Under the pieces are notes generated by a model, which had not been told where the DNA came from, did not search any database, and saw only the letters and a list, made by a program, of their open reading frames with translations. The position numbers and the translations under genes were made by a program. 64,000 nucleotides of DNA, taken from positions 1,660-65,659 of the forward strand of contig JBKPFS010000107.1 in NCBI GenBank assembly GCA_046728935.1, written 5' to 3'. This DNA is from Actinomycetota bacterium. GTDB lineage: Bacteria > Actinomycetota > Thermoleophilia > Solirubrobacterales > 70-9. Positions 27,005 to 35,805 of this stretch are shown piece by piece (position 1 is the stretch's first letter; each line of letters begins with the position of its first letter).

Positions 27005-28348
27005 CTAGCGCGAGTCGCGCCGACGCCGACGATCGCCGAGGTCGGTGACCTCGGCCTCGCCGGAGTCGAGCGGCTCGTCCTGCGCGTCGAGCCCGAACAG
27101 CTCTCGCAGGACGGCGACGCGGGCGTAGGCGTCGGCATCGTCCGCCGAGCGCTTCAAGCGCAGCGTGGGGTCGTGCAGCAGCCTCGAGGCGATCGCGCGC
27201 GCCGCGGCCCCGAGGCGGTTCCGGTCGGTCTCGGTCAGCCCCTCCCAGCGCGCCTCGTTCTCGGCCAGGACCCGCTCGACGATCTCGTTCGCCCGCTCGC
27301 GCAGCGCGGCGACCGTCGCAGTCACGTCCTGGGAGGAGAGCCAGCGCTCGAAGCGGCGAAGCTCGGCGCGAAGCACCGCGTCGGCCCGGCGCGCCTCCGC
27401 CTCGCGACCCGAGGCGTTTCGCTCCACCAGCGACTGGAGGTCGTCCATGTCGTGCACGCTCACGCCGGGGAGCTCGCGGCAGGCGGGATGGATGTCTCGC
27501 GGAACGGCGAGATCGATCAGGAGCAGCGGCCGCCCCTCGCGCGCCGACATCACCTCGGCGAGCGGGTCGGGCTCGATCACGTGGTGCGGCGAGCTGGTCG
27601 AGGCGAGGACGATGTCGGCGGCGACGAGCTGCTCCGGCAGGTCCTCGAAGCGGACCGCGCTACCGCCGAAGCGCTGCGCGAGGCCGATCGCCCGGTCGTA
27701 GTGGCGGTTGGCGATGAACACGGCGTGCACCCCGCGCGCCGCCAATGCCCGGGCGGTCAACTCGGCCGTCTCGCCGGCGCCGACGACGAGCACCCGGCGG
27801 CGCTCGAGGTCGCCGAGCGTCCGCTGCGCCAGCTCCATCGCCACCGAGGGGACCGAAAGCGCCCCCTCAGAGATGCCGGTCTCCGACCGGGCGCGCTTGC
27901 CCGCAGCGAGGGCGGCGCGGAAGAGCCGGTTCAACACCGGCCCAGTCGCCCCCTCGACCAGGGCCAACTCGTAGGCTCGCTTCACCTGCCCCTGGACCTC
28001 GGTCTCGCCGAGGATCATCGAGTCGAGTCCGGCGGTGACCCGGAAGAGCTGGGCCGCTGCCTCGCTTCCGCGCAGCGAGTAGATGTGGCCCAGAAGATCC
28101 GTGGGCTGGATCTCGGCTCCGCCCGCCAGCAGACCCAGCGCCTGCGACTCGGCCCCGACCGGGTCGGCCGCAAACAGGTAGAGCTCGGTGCGGTTGCAGG
28201 TCGAGATCGCCACCGCCTCGTGGATCTCGTCGCCCTCGGTCAACTCACGAAGCGCTCCGACCGCCGAGCCCTCGGTGAGCGCCAGGCGCTCGCGAAGCTC
28301 GAGCGGGGAGGTCTTGTGCGAGACGCCGAGCGCCAATAGCTCAGCCAT
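27005..28348 (-). CDS. hemA: Glutamyl-tRNA reductase
   Basis: MAELLALGVSHKTSPLELRERLAL, ISTCNRTELY and VVGAGETAE motifs. ATG at 28348. Confidence 0.9.
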   Translation of the reverse strand: MAELLALGVSHKTSPLELRERLALTEGSAVGALRELTEGDEIHEAVAISTCNRTELYLFAADPVGAESQALGLLAGGAEIQPTDLLGHIYSLRGSEAAAQLFRVTAGLDSMILGETEVQGQVKRAYELALVEGATGPVLNRLFRAALAAGKRARSETGISEGALSVPSVAMELAQRTLGDLERRRVLVVGAGETAELTARALAARGVHAVFIANRHYDRAIGLAQRFGGSAVRFEDLPEQLVAADIVLASTSSPHHVIEPDPLAEVMSAREGRPLLLIDLAVPRDIHPACRELPGVSVHDMDDLQSLVERNASGREAEARRADAVLRAELRRFERWLSSQDVTATVAALRERANEIVERVLAENEARWEGLTETDRNRLGAAARAIASRLLHDPTLRLKRSADDADAYARVAVLRELFGLDAQDEPLDSGEAEVTDLGDRRRRRDSR

Positions 28349-28517
28349 CGATGTTCTCCCGATCCCTTTCCACGAGCTCGGCCAGCTCCCCAAGCTCCCG
28401 GTCGATCCGCTCGAGCTTCGCGGCCATGATCGCAACGTAGATCAGCACGAGGGCGAGGAACGCCACGTAGGCCGCGGCGACGTACTTGCCGGCCTCGTCG
28501 AGGGGGAGGGCAGGCAT
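28341..28517 (-). CDS. ccmD: CcmD-like small membrane protein (58 aa, absent from the ORF track)
   Basis: Hand translation: MPALPLDEAGKYVAAAYVAFLALVLIYVAIMAAKLERIDRELGELAELVERDRENIDG. It has one TM helix plus a charged tail, sits just after ccmC, and its stop overlaps the hemA start (ATGGCTGA). Confidence 0.6.
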   Translation of the reverse strand: MPALPLDEAGKYVAAAYVAFLALVLIYVAIMAAKLERIDRELGELAELVERDRENIDG

Positions 28518-28519
28518 CA

Positions 28520-28601
28520 GATGAGTGACCTCGTGGCCGCATGCGCTCGGGGGCGCGCGTGGCCGATTAGGTCGAGGACGCAGGGCGCGGGATCACTCAT
28601 C
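28520..28601 (-). repeat. Hairpin-bounded intergenic element, copy A (ccmC-ccmD spacer)
   Basis: GATGAGTGA (28520..28528) and TCACTCATC (28593..28601). The interior is homologous to copy B. Confidence 0.7.
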
Positions 28602-29347
28602 TAGGCCGACCCCGTTGCCTCGGAGGGAACGGTGGGCGCGATCCGCGAGCCGCTCGGGGCTAGGCGCTCGCCCTCGAGCGACCGGCGCAGGCGACGAAGC
28701 CGCGCCGAGGCGGACTTGGCCGCGAGCTCGAAGCGCACCAGGGTCACCCACAGCAGGGCCATCCCGGCCAGCGAGACGACGAAGGTGAGCCACATCTTCG
28801 GCGGCATGCCACCCTCGGCGGTCGCGAACACGCGCGGGTGAACCAGCGTCTCGGCGAGCCGCACGGCGATGAAGTTGAGCGGCACGAAGGCGCCCGCCGT
28901 GATCGCGAACACGGACGCGTAGCGGCCCTGGCGCTCGCGGTCCTCGATCGCGTAGCGGAGCGGGTAATAGGTGCAGTAGAGGAGAAAGACGATCAGGAAG
29001 CTGACCAGGGTCGGCTCGTCCCACACCCACCACTTGCCCCACGAGGCGCGGGCCCAGATCGAGCCGGTGACCAGCACGGCGACGCCGAAGATCACCGAGA
29101 TGTGGATCGAGACGTAGGCGCGGGCGTCGTGGACCGGATCGCCCGTTCGCAGGTGGCGGATCGCGTGGATCGCGGCGACGACGAAGCCGGACAGGGCGCA
29201 GATCGCGAGCGGCACGTGCAGGTAGAAGATCTTCTGGATGAAGCCCTGGTCGGCGTCGAGCGGGGCGTAGAAGAACACCAGCCCGAACGCAGCTCCGATG
29301 GTGATCGGCGTCGCGATCGCGATGGCTCTCAGACTGGGCATGCTCAT
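28601..29347 (-). CDS. ccmC: Heme exporter protein CcmC
   Basis: WGKWWVWDEP is the tryptophan-rich WGxxWxWD motif. Multi-TM protein. Confidence 0.9.
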   Translation of the reverse strand: MSMPSLRAIAIATPITIGAAFGLVFFYAPLDADQGFIQKIFYLHVPLAICALSGFVVAAIHAIRHLRTGDPVHDARAYVSIHISVIFGVAVLVTGSIWARASWGKWWVWDEPTLVSFLIVFLLYCTYYPLRYAIEDRERQGRYASVFAITAGAFVPLNFIAVRLAETLVHPRVFATAEGGMPPKMWLTFVVSLAGMALLWVTLVRFELAAKSASARLRRLRRSLEGERLAPSGSRIAPTVPSEATGSA

Positions 29348-29352
29348 CTAAT

Positions 29353-29515
29353 GATGAGTGATTCCATGGCCTCGCCCGCCTGGGGGCGTGACTGGCCGAG
29401 CAGTTCGAGGACGCAGGGAGCGCGGCGTGCCTTCAGGCACGCGAGCGACCGAGGACGAAGAAATGCGACGGGCAGGCGCGTCATCCAGGCGTGTGATGTC
29501 GTGGGATCACTCATC
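29353..29515 (-). repeat. Hairpin-bounded intergenic element, copy B (ccmB-ccmC spacer)
   Basis: GATGAGTGA (29353..29361) and TCACTCATC (29507..29515). Shares the GGGGGCG..TGGCCGA..TCGAGGACGCAGGG block with copy A and carries ~80 nt of extra internal sequence. Confidence 0.7.
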
Positions 29516-29533
29516 AAGCTCCCGGGCGGGTCC

Positions 29534-30220
29534 TCAGTCCTCGAGGAGGAAGTCGTAGACCGCGTAGCCCACGAGCAGGAAGACCACATCGTAGAGAGCG
29601 AGAACGGCCATCCACTGACCGTAGTCGGCATAGGACGGCCCGCCCGAGCCGAGAAGCGGCTCCGCCGCACCCGCGGCCGCGATCATCACCGGGACCAGCA
29701 GCGGCAGCAGGATCAGCGGGCCGAGCAGGTCGCGAGCGCGCGAGTTGACCGCGATGGCCGACACAAGGGCGCCGGTCGCGGCGAGGCCCAGGTCGGCGAG
29801 CAGCAGCACGGGCGCGAGCGGCGCGAGGCCCGCCCACTCGTCCATGAACAGGAAGGCGAACGCCGGCACCGCGACCAGCTCGAGGGCCGCTAAGTAGACG
29901 ACCAGCGCCGTGACCTTGGCCGCGTAGAGCGCCGGGCCGTCGACCGGCGCCAGGCGGATCGCGTCGAAGCCGCCCTGCTCGCGCTCGGCGACGAAGATCC
30001 TGTTGATCGCCAGGATCGCGGCGAAGAGGACCGTCGCCAGGAGCACGCCTGCGGCGAGGCTTCCGTCGAGGCTCTCGCGATCGAGGCCGAAGCGGAAGAG
30101 GACGAAGGTGGTGAGGGCGAATAGGGCCATCGCCGGCACCGACTCGAACGTCCGCAGCTCGATCCGCAGGTCCTTGGCGAGGATTGTGCGGAAGGCCGTC
30201 ATGCGAATAACCAACGACAC
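29534..30220 (-). CDS. ccmB: Heme exporter permease CcmB
   Basis: Polytopic protein starting ...FRTILAKDLRIELRTFE, typical of a CcmB N-terminus, positioned between ccmA and ccmC. Confidence 0.8.
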   Translation of the reverse strand: MSLVIRMTAFRTILAKDLRIELRTFESVPAMALFALTTFVLFRFGLDRESLDGSLAAGVLLATVLFAAILAINRIFVAEREQGGFDAIRLAPVDGPALYAAKVTALVVYLAALELVAVPAFAFLFMDEWAGLAPLAPVLLLADLGLAATGALVSAIAVNSRARDLLGPLILLPLLVPVMIAAAGAAEPLLGSGGPSYADYGQWMAVLALYDVVFLLVGYAVYDFLLED

Positions 30221-30245
30221 GTGCCGCTTTCGCGGCTACAGCCGC

Positions 30246-31004
30246 TCACTGGAACACCCTCCCGGCGTAGATCGCCCGCGCGTCGCCGGGCGAGAGCCCG
30301 GGCGCCGGGCCGACGTAGCCGACGGTGCCGTCCGCGCGCAGGGCCAGGGCCAGGTCAGCCTCCGCGAGCGCGCTGTCGGGGTCGTGGCTGACGAGCACCC
30401 GCGTACGGCCGGGGCTCGCGGCGATCATCCGGCCCGCGAGGCCGGCCGCGTCGGGGTCGAGGTGGGAGAACGGCTCGTCGAGCAGCAGCAGCTGGGGACG
30501 GTGGAGAACCGCGCGGCAGATCGCCGCCCGCTGAACCATCCCCGCCGACAGGTTTCGCACCCGGTCGTCGGCACGCCGGGTGAGCCCCGCGAGGCGCAGC
30601 GAATCGGCGATCGCCTCCTCGGCGTCCTCAAGCTCGTGAAGGCGGGCGTTGAAGCGCAGGTTCTCGCGCACCGTCAGCTCTCTGTAGAGCAGCGGCTCGT
30701 GGCCGACGAAACCGATCAGCCCGCGGATCCGCCACGCCTCGCGGGGCAGGGCCGCGCCGAGGACCCTCGCCTCGCCGGCGGTTGGCCGAAGCAGCGTCGC
30801 CAAGATGCGCAGCAGGGTCGTCTTGCCGGAGCCGTTTGGGCCGATCACGGCGAGCGTCTGACCGCTCGCGACCTCGAGCGAGACGCCGAGCAGCACGGGC
30901 AGCTCGCCGTAATCGCGGCGGAGTCCGCGCAGCTCGATCGCCGTCTCCGCTCGGCCGGCGCGGGCGCCCCGGCCCCGCGGCTCCACAGCCGTTTCAGTTC
31001 CCAC
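30246..31004 (-). CDS. ccmA: Heme ABC exporter ATP-binding protein CcmA
   Basis: GPNGSGKTTLLRIL (Walker A), LSAGMVQR (signature) and LLLLDEP (Walker B). Start GTG 31004 or 30986; the longer listed ORF is implausible. Confidence 0.85.
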   Translation of the reverse strand: MGTETAVEPRGRGARAGRAETAIELRGLRRDYGELPVLLGVSLEVASGQTLAVIGPNGSGKTTLLRILATLLRPTAGEARVLGAALPREAWRIRGLIGFVGHEPLLYRELTVRENLRFNARLHELEDAEEAIADSLRLAGLTRRADDRVRNLSAGMVQRAAICRAVLHRPQLLLLDEPFSHLDPDAAGLAGRMIAASPGRTRVLVSHDPDSALAEADLALALRADGTVGYVGPAPGLSPGDARAIYAGRVFQ

Positions 31005-31046
31005 TAGATTGATTGTCCCATCGGGCCGCCGCCAGGGAGACCGAGC

Positions 31047-31709
31047 TTGCACGCACGCCGCATGATCGCCGTCGCTGCCTTCCTCGGGATGACGTTGGCC
31101 GGTGCACCCGCGGCGCCTGCCGGGGATGCCCCGATCGAGATCGGGGTCGAGGACAACTACTTCATGCCGGCGAGCGTCTCGACCGCGGTGGGGGCAAACG
31201 ACTTCCTCTGGATCTGGGACCTCGACGGTTCGGGCGGCGGAACCACGGCCAACTCGCACACCGTCACCTCCGCCGATGGCCTCTTCGGATCCCAGCTGGT
31301 CAATACGGGGACCTACGAGCTGAGCGCCTCGGCGGGGAGCTTCAAGTACTTCTGCGTGCTGCACGCGGACATGGTCGGCCGGCTTCGGATCTCGCCCACG
31401 GGCCTCGTGGCGGTGGGGATCGCGGGCCAGCGCCCCGCGGCGGCCGGCCAGCGGCGCTCGATCAGCGTGCGCTGGGCGTCAGCGGACGCCGAGACCGGCG
31501 GCCGCTACGACGTGCGCTTCCGGGTCGGCAAGCGGCCCTGGAGCAAGTGGAAGGAGGACACGAAGCGCAAGCGCGGGATCTTCGGCCGGCACCGCGCGCC
31601 GGTCAGGGTGAAGCCCGACCGGAAGTACTCGTTCGAGGCGCGCTCGCAGCGGGGCAAGGGCGAGGGGCACCGCAGCGGCTGGTCGCCGGTGCTGGAGCTC
31701 CGCACGTAG
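31047..31709 (+). CDS. Secreted cupredoxin-like (plastocyanin/azurin-type) copper protein with a C-terminal extension
   Basis: Signal peptide; NSHTVTS...GTYELSASAGSFKYFCVLHADMVGRLRI is an H...C..H..M copper-ligand pattern. TTG start preceded by GGGAGA. Confidence 0.7.
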   Translation: MHARRMIAVAAFLGMTLAGAPAAPAGDAPIEIGVEDNYFMPASVSTAVGANDFLWIWDLDGSGGGTTANSHTVTSADGLFGSQLVNTGTYELSASAGSFKYFCVLHADMVGRLRISPTGLVAVGIAGQRPAAAGQRRSISVRWASADAETGGRYDVRFRVGKRPWSKWKEDTKRKRGIFGRHRAPVRVKPDRKYSFEARSQRGKGEGHRSGWSPVLELRT

Positions 31710-31765
31710 TCACCGGGGCGCAGGCACGGACCCGCGGGGACTCGCGCCTCGTACCCGGCAATGAG

Positions 31766-32398
31766 GTGTTCTCGCTCCTGCCGGCCCTTGCCTGCGCCCT
31801 GTCGTGCCTCGGCGGGCACGCCGCCGATCACGTCCCAGGCGCTGATCGACTCCACCCCCCGGTCCGGTGGCGTGACTCCGCCGCGATCGGCCTGCCGGAG
31901 GACGGCAGCCTAGTGCGCGGGGTGCGGTTCCCCGCCGAGGGTCGCACGTTCTTCACGTGGGACCCGGTGCTTCGACGGAGCCCCGACCGGAGCTGGCGCC
32001 GCTGGGGCACCGACGACATGGTTCGCACCACGCTGCGCGTCCTGCGCGGCTTCCACCGCGCGCATCCGCACGCCGCTCGGGTCGGCGTCGGCGACCTGAG
32101 CCTGCCGGAGGGCGGCTACTTCGGGCCGGAGGTGGGCGGCGGCATCGGCCATTCGACGCACCAGAACGGGCTCAACGTGGACGTTTACTACCCCCGCGTC
32201 GACCGCCGCGAGCGCCCGCCGGACGCCGTCGATCAGATCGACCACGCGCTCGCCCAGGAGCTCGTCGACCGGTTCGTTCGGGCGGGCGCGGTCCGCATCT
32301 TCGTCGGTCCGAACACGGGCTTGGTGGGACCAGCCGGCGTGGTGGCGCCGCTGGTCAACCACGACAACCACCTGCACGTGGTGATCGCGGGCGGCTGA
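31766..32398 (+). CDS. MepA-like (peptidase M74-type) murein endopeptidase
   Basis: GHSTHQNGLNVDVYYP...NHDNHLHVVI metal-ligand pattern. GTG at 31766 with the signal-like FSLLPALACALSCLGG. Only the last 210 codons of ORF 31013..32398 are credible. Confidence 0.65.
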   Translation: MFSLLPALACALSCLGGHAADHVPGADRLHPPVRWRDSAAIGLPEDGSLVRGVRFPAEGRTFFTWDPVLRRSPDRSWRRWGTDDMVRTTLRVLRGFHRAHPHAARVGVGDLSLPEGGYFGPEVGGGIGHSTHQNGLNVDVYYPRVDRRERPPDAVDQIDHALAQELVDRFVRAGAVRIFVGPNTGLVGPAGVVAPLVNHDNHLHVVIAGG

Positions 32399-32406
32399 GC
32401 GCCGCG

Positions 32407-33972
32407 TCAGCGGCCCTTGCGCAGGATGCGGGTGCCCACCCGCATCATCGGCACCAGGCCCTCGCGCAGGCCGCGAAGCCGGGTGCCGTCGCGACCGTAG
32501 ATGAGGCGGGTTGAGGAGCGGATCGCCTTGCCGAGCGTGGCGTCGTAGGGCTGCCACCAGATGTCGCGCGTCCTGCCCGGCTCCCACGAAACCAGCTTGA
32601 TGTTCACGCACTCATAGAGGCCGAACTTCGAGTGCGAGCGACCGAGGCCCGAGTCCTTGACCCCACCCCACGAGCACTGGAGCGCGCCGTGCGAGTAGCT
32701 GTGGTCGTTGATCCACACCATCCCGGTCTCCATCCGGTGCGCCATGCGCTCGCCCTTGGCCCGATCCTTGGTCCAGATCGAGGCGCCGAGGCCGAAGTTG
32801 GAGTCGTTGGCGCGCCGAAGCGCCTCCTCCTCGGAGTCGACGACGACGATCGGCACGACCGGACCGAAGATCTCCTCGTTCATGATCCGCATCTCGTCCT
32901 CGACCCCGGCGAGCACCGTGGGGGCGATGAAGCGACCGCTAAAGCCCCCAACCTCGCGCGGCCCGCCGGTGATCCGCTCGGCGCCCGCCGAGAGCGCGTC
33001 GTCGACGAGGCCCGTGACGGTGTCGGCCTGCTCCTCGGACACCATCGGCCCGATCTCGGTGTCCCAGTCGAGCGGATTGCCGAGGCTGAGCCGCTCGGCC
33101 TCGCGCCTCACCCCCTCGAGGAAGCGGTCTGCGACCTCCTCGACCACGTAGGTGCGCTCGATCCCGGAGCAGGTCTGGCCCGAGTTGGCGAACCCGCCCC
33201 AGACGCAGCCGGAGATGGCGTTGGCGAGGTCGGCGTCGGCGCAGACGATCTGGGGGTCCTTGCCGCCGAGCTCGAGCACCGAGCCCTTGAGGCGCTGAGC
33301 GCAGAGCTCGCCGACCTTGCGCCCCACCTCGACCGAGCCGGTGAAGAAGATCTTCGCCGTCGACGCCTCGCAGAGCGCCCGGCCGACCGCGCCGCCGCCG
33401 TGCACGTTTCGCACCAGCCCCTCCGGAAAGCCCGCCCGGTCGAAGATCGATTGGATCCGCTCCCCGAGCAACGGCGTCAGGCTGGCGGGCTTGAGGATCA
33501 CCCCGTTCCCCGCCATCAACGCGATCGCGACCTCCCCGAAGGGGATCGACCAGGGGTAGTTCCAGGGGGCGATCACGCCCACCACGCCGAGCGGCTCGTA
33601 GCTGAAGAAGCTCTTCTTCGTCTTCAGGAACGCCTGCGGGTAGGGGATCCGCTCGTCCGCGAGGATCTCGGGCCCGGCGTCGGCGAGCCAGTGCAGCGCA
33701 TCGACCGTCGGCAGGAGCTCCATCGTGTAGCTCTCGGTGATCGGCTTGCCCTGCTCGCGGGTGAGCAACCGAGCGACGTCCTCCATCTCCTCCACCAGCA
33801 CGTCGGCGGCGCGGCCCATGTAGCGGGCGCGGTCCTCGAGTGAGAGCTGGGCCCAGAACGGCTGCACCTCGGCGACCTCGTCGACGACGCCCTGCACCTG
33901 CGCCGGCGTGATCGTCTCCACGGTGCCGACGAGCTCGCCGGTCGCCGGGTTGAACGACTCGAGCGTCCCCAT
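32407..33972 (-). CDS. Aldehyde dehydrogenase family protein
   Basis: VIAPWNYPW, FTGSVEVGRKV, LELGGKDP and FANSGQTCSGIER motifs. Confidence 0.9.
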   Translation of the reverse strand: MGTLESFNPATGELVGTVETITPAQVQGVVDEVAEVQPFWAQLSLEDRARYMGRAADVLVEEMEDVARLLTREQGKPITESYTMELLPTVDALHWLADAGPEILADERIPYPQAFLKTKKSFFSYEPLGVVGVIAPWNYPWSIPFGEVAIALMAGNGVILKPASLTPLLGERIQSIFDRAGFPEGLVRNVHGGGAVGRALCEASTAKIFFTGSVEVGRKVGELCAQRLKGSVLELGGKDPQIVCADADLANAISGCVWGGFANSGQTCSGIERTYVVEEVADRFLEGVRREAERLSLGNPLDWDTEIGPMVSEEQADTVTGLVDDALSAGAERITGGPREVGGFSGRFIAPTVLAGVEDEMRIMNEEIFGPVVPIVVVDSEEEALRRANDSNFGLGASIWTKDRAKGERMAHRMETGMVWINDHSYSHGALQCSWGGVKDSGLGRSHSKFGLYECVNIKLVSWEPGRTRDIWWQPYDATLGKAIRSSTRLIYGRDGTRLRGLREGLVPMMRVGTRILRKGR

Positions 33973-34034
33973 CTAACGGCCCTTCACCCGGGCGATTCTA
34001 GGCGCCCTGCCAAAAGCGCGAGCGGGGATGAGGG

Positions 34035-35372
34035 CTACCGGCCGAGGCGCCGGCGGATCTCCTCCAGCCGGCGACGCAGCTCGGCCTCGAAGCCGCGCCC
34101 GGTGGGCTCGTAGAAGCGCTCGTCCTGGGCCTCCGGAGGCAGGAGCGGCTGGTCGGCGACGCCGCCGGGCTCGTCGTGCGGGTATACGTAGCCCTCGCCC
34201 CGCCCGAGCTTCCTCGCGCCGGGGTAATGGGCGTCGCGCAGGTGGTCGGGAGGCAGCTTCGCCCCGTGCTCGCGCACGTGGCGCATGGCCGCGGCGATCC
34301 CCCGCGTGGAGGCGTTCGACTTTGGCGCGAGAGCGAGGTACGCGGCCGCCTGGCCCAGGTTGAGCGCGCACTCTGGCAGCCCGACGCGGTCGACCGCGGC
34401 CGCCGCGGCATTCGCGACCACGAGCGCCATCGGGTCGGCGTTGCCGACGTCCTCGGAGGCGAGGATCACCATCCGGCGCGCGATGTACCGGGGGTCCTCG
34501 CCGCCCTCGAGCATCACCGCCAGGTAATAGAGCGACGCATCGGGGTCGGACCCGCGCGTCGCCTTGATCCAGGCGGAGATGTAGTCGTAGTGGCGGTCGC
34601 CCTCACGGTCGTAGAAGAGCGCCTTGCGCTGGAGCGCGTCCTCGGCCCCGGCGAGGTCGACACGGCCGCCGCCCAGGCGCGCCGCCTCCACCGCGCGCTC
34701 GAGCCCAGCGAGCGCGATGCGCGCGTCCCCGCCCGAGCGCCGCATGAGCAGCTCGAGTGCCTCCCCTTCGATCTCGGGCGGATCGGCGATCCCCCGCTCG
34801 GGGTCCGCCAGCGCGCGATCGAGCAGCTCCCTGATGTCGGCCGGGCTGAGCTCGTGGAGCTCGTAGATCTGGGCGCGGCTCAGGAGTGCGGAGTTGACCT
34901 CGAAGTACGGGTTCTCCGTGGTCGCCCCGATCAGCGTCACCAGCCCCTCCTCCACGGCGGGAAGGAGCGCGTCCTGCTGCGCCTTGTTGAAGCGGTGGAT
35001 CTCGTCGAGGAAGAAGATCGTGGGCTGGTCGTTCAGGCGGCGCCGCTCCTCGGCCCGCTCGATCACAGCCCGCACCTCCGCCTTGCCCGCATTGACGGCC
35101 GATTCCTCCTCGAAGGCGCTACGCGAGGTCACGGCCACGAGCCGCGCGAGCGTCGTCTTGCCCGAGCCGGGCGGCCCGTACAGGACCATCGAGTGCGGCT
35201 CGCCCCTCTCGATCGCCGTCCGCAGCGCTGATCCCTCCTCGAGCAGGTGCTCCTGCCCCACCAGCTCGTCGAGCGAACGTGGGCGAATCCGCACGGCCAG
35301 CGGCGCCTCGTCGGAGGGCACGCTCGTTCGCCGTCCCGGGCGCTCGTCCCCGGCGTCGAAGAGCCGTTCCAT
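34035..35372 (-). CDS. rarA: Replication-associated recombination protein A (AAA+ ATPase)
   Basis: RPRSLDELVGQEHLL, LYGPPGSGKTTLARL, IFFLDEIHRFNKAQQDALLP and the MgsA C-terminal block YDYISAWIKATRGSDPDASLYYLA. Confidence 0.9.
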   Translation of the reverse strand: MERLFDAGDERPGRRTSVPSDEAPLAVRIRPRSLDELVGQEHLLEEGSALRTAIERGEPHSMVLYGPPGSGKTTLARLVAVTSRSAFEEESAVNAGKAEVRAVIERAEERRRLNDQPTIFFLDEIHRFNKAQQDALLPAVEEGLVTLIGATTENPYFEVNSALLSRAQIYELHELSPADIRELLDRALADPERGIADPPEIEGEALELLMRRSGGDARIALAGLERAVEAARLGGGRVDLAGAEDALQRKALFYDREGDRHYDYISAWIKATRGSDPDASLYYLAVMLEGGEDPRYIARRMVILASEDVGNADPMALVVANAAAAAVDRVGLPECALNLGQAAAYLALAPKSNASTRGIAAAMRHVREHGAKLPPDHLRDAHYPGARKLGRGEGYVYPHDEPGGVADQPLLPPEAQDERFYEPTGRGFEAELRRRLEEIRRRLGR

Positions 35373-35381
35373 CCCGTGCGC

Positions 35382-35786
35382 CTAGTCGCCCACCTCGGCG
35401 GCGGCGACCGCGCTCTCGCGATCGGTGTAGAGATGCCAGCGCACGATCAATCCGTCGCGGATCCCGAAGAGCCAGTACTGCGTCGCATCGACCTCGACGC
35501 CGCTGCCGCGACCGCGGACCTTGCTCTTGATCACCGCGACGACGTTCTCGCCGTCGACCTCGATCAGCTCGTCGGCCACGTAGGTGGCGTCGGCCCACGC
35601 CTCCTCCCACTCTGCGTTGAAGGCGACGGCCTCGTCCATCCCCTTGAACTCGCCGGCGTTCAGCAGGCCCGGCGCAGCGTAGACCTCGATCTGCGGATCC
35701 GCGAACGGGGTCAGCGCCTCGAACCCCTCCCGGTGGTAGAGGTCGAGGGCCTCCCGGACGACCTCGGAATTCGACTTGGCCACCAA
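35382..35786 (-). CDS. SnoaL-like / NTF2-fold family protein
   Basis: Paralogue-like to 516..917. TTG/GTG starts at 35786/35783; the longer listed ORF overlaps the divergent tauE-like gene. Confidence 0.65.
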   Translation of the reverse strand: MVAKSNSEVVREALDLYHREGFEALTPFADPQIEVYAAPGLLNAGEFKGMDEAVAFNAEWEEAWADATYVADELIEVDGENVVAVIKSKVRGRGSGVEVDATQYWLFGIRDGLIVRWHLYTDRESAVAAAEVGD

Positions 35787-35805
35787 CCAAGTATGAACCC
35801 CGGCC

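Noticed and set aside
31013-31765. N-terminal 250 codons of ORF 31013..32398, and similarly 37888..38841 upstream of ftsH and 46818..47438 upstream of ychF.
   Set aside because: These stretches overlap better-supported genes in other frames and are compositionally non-protein-like. The true starts were placed at internal GTG/ATG codons that match family N-termini.
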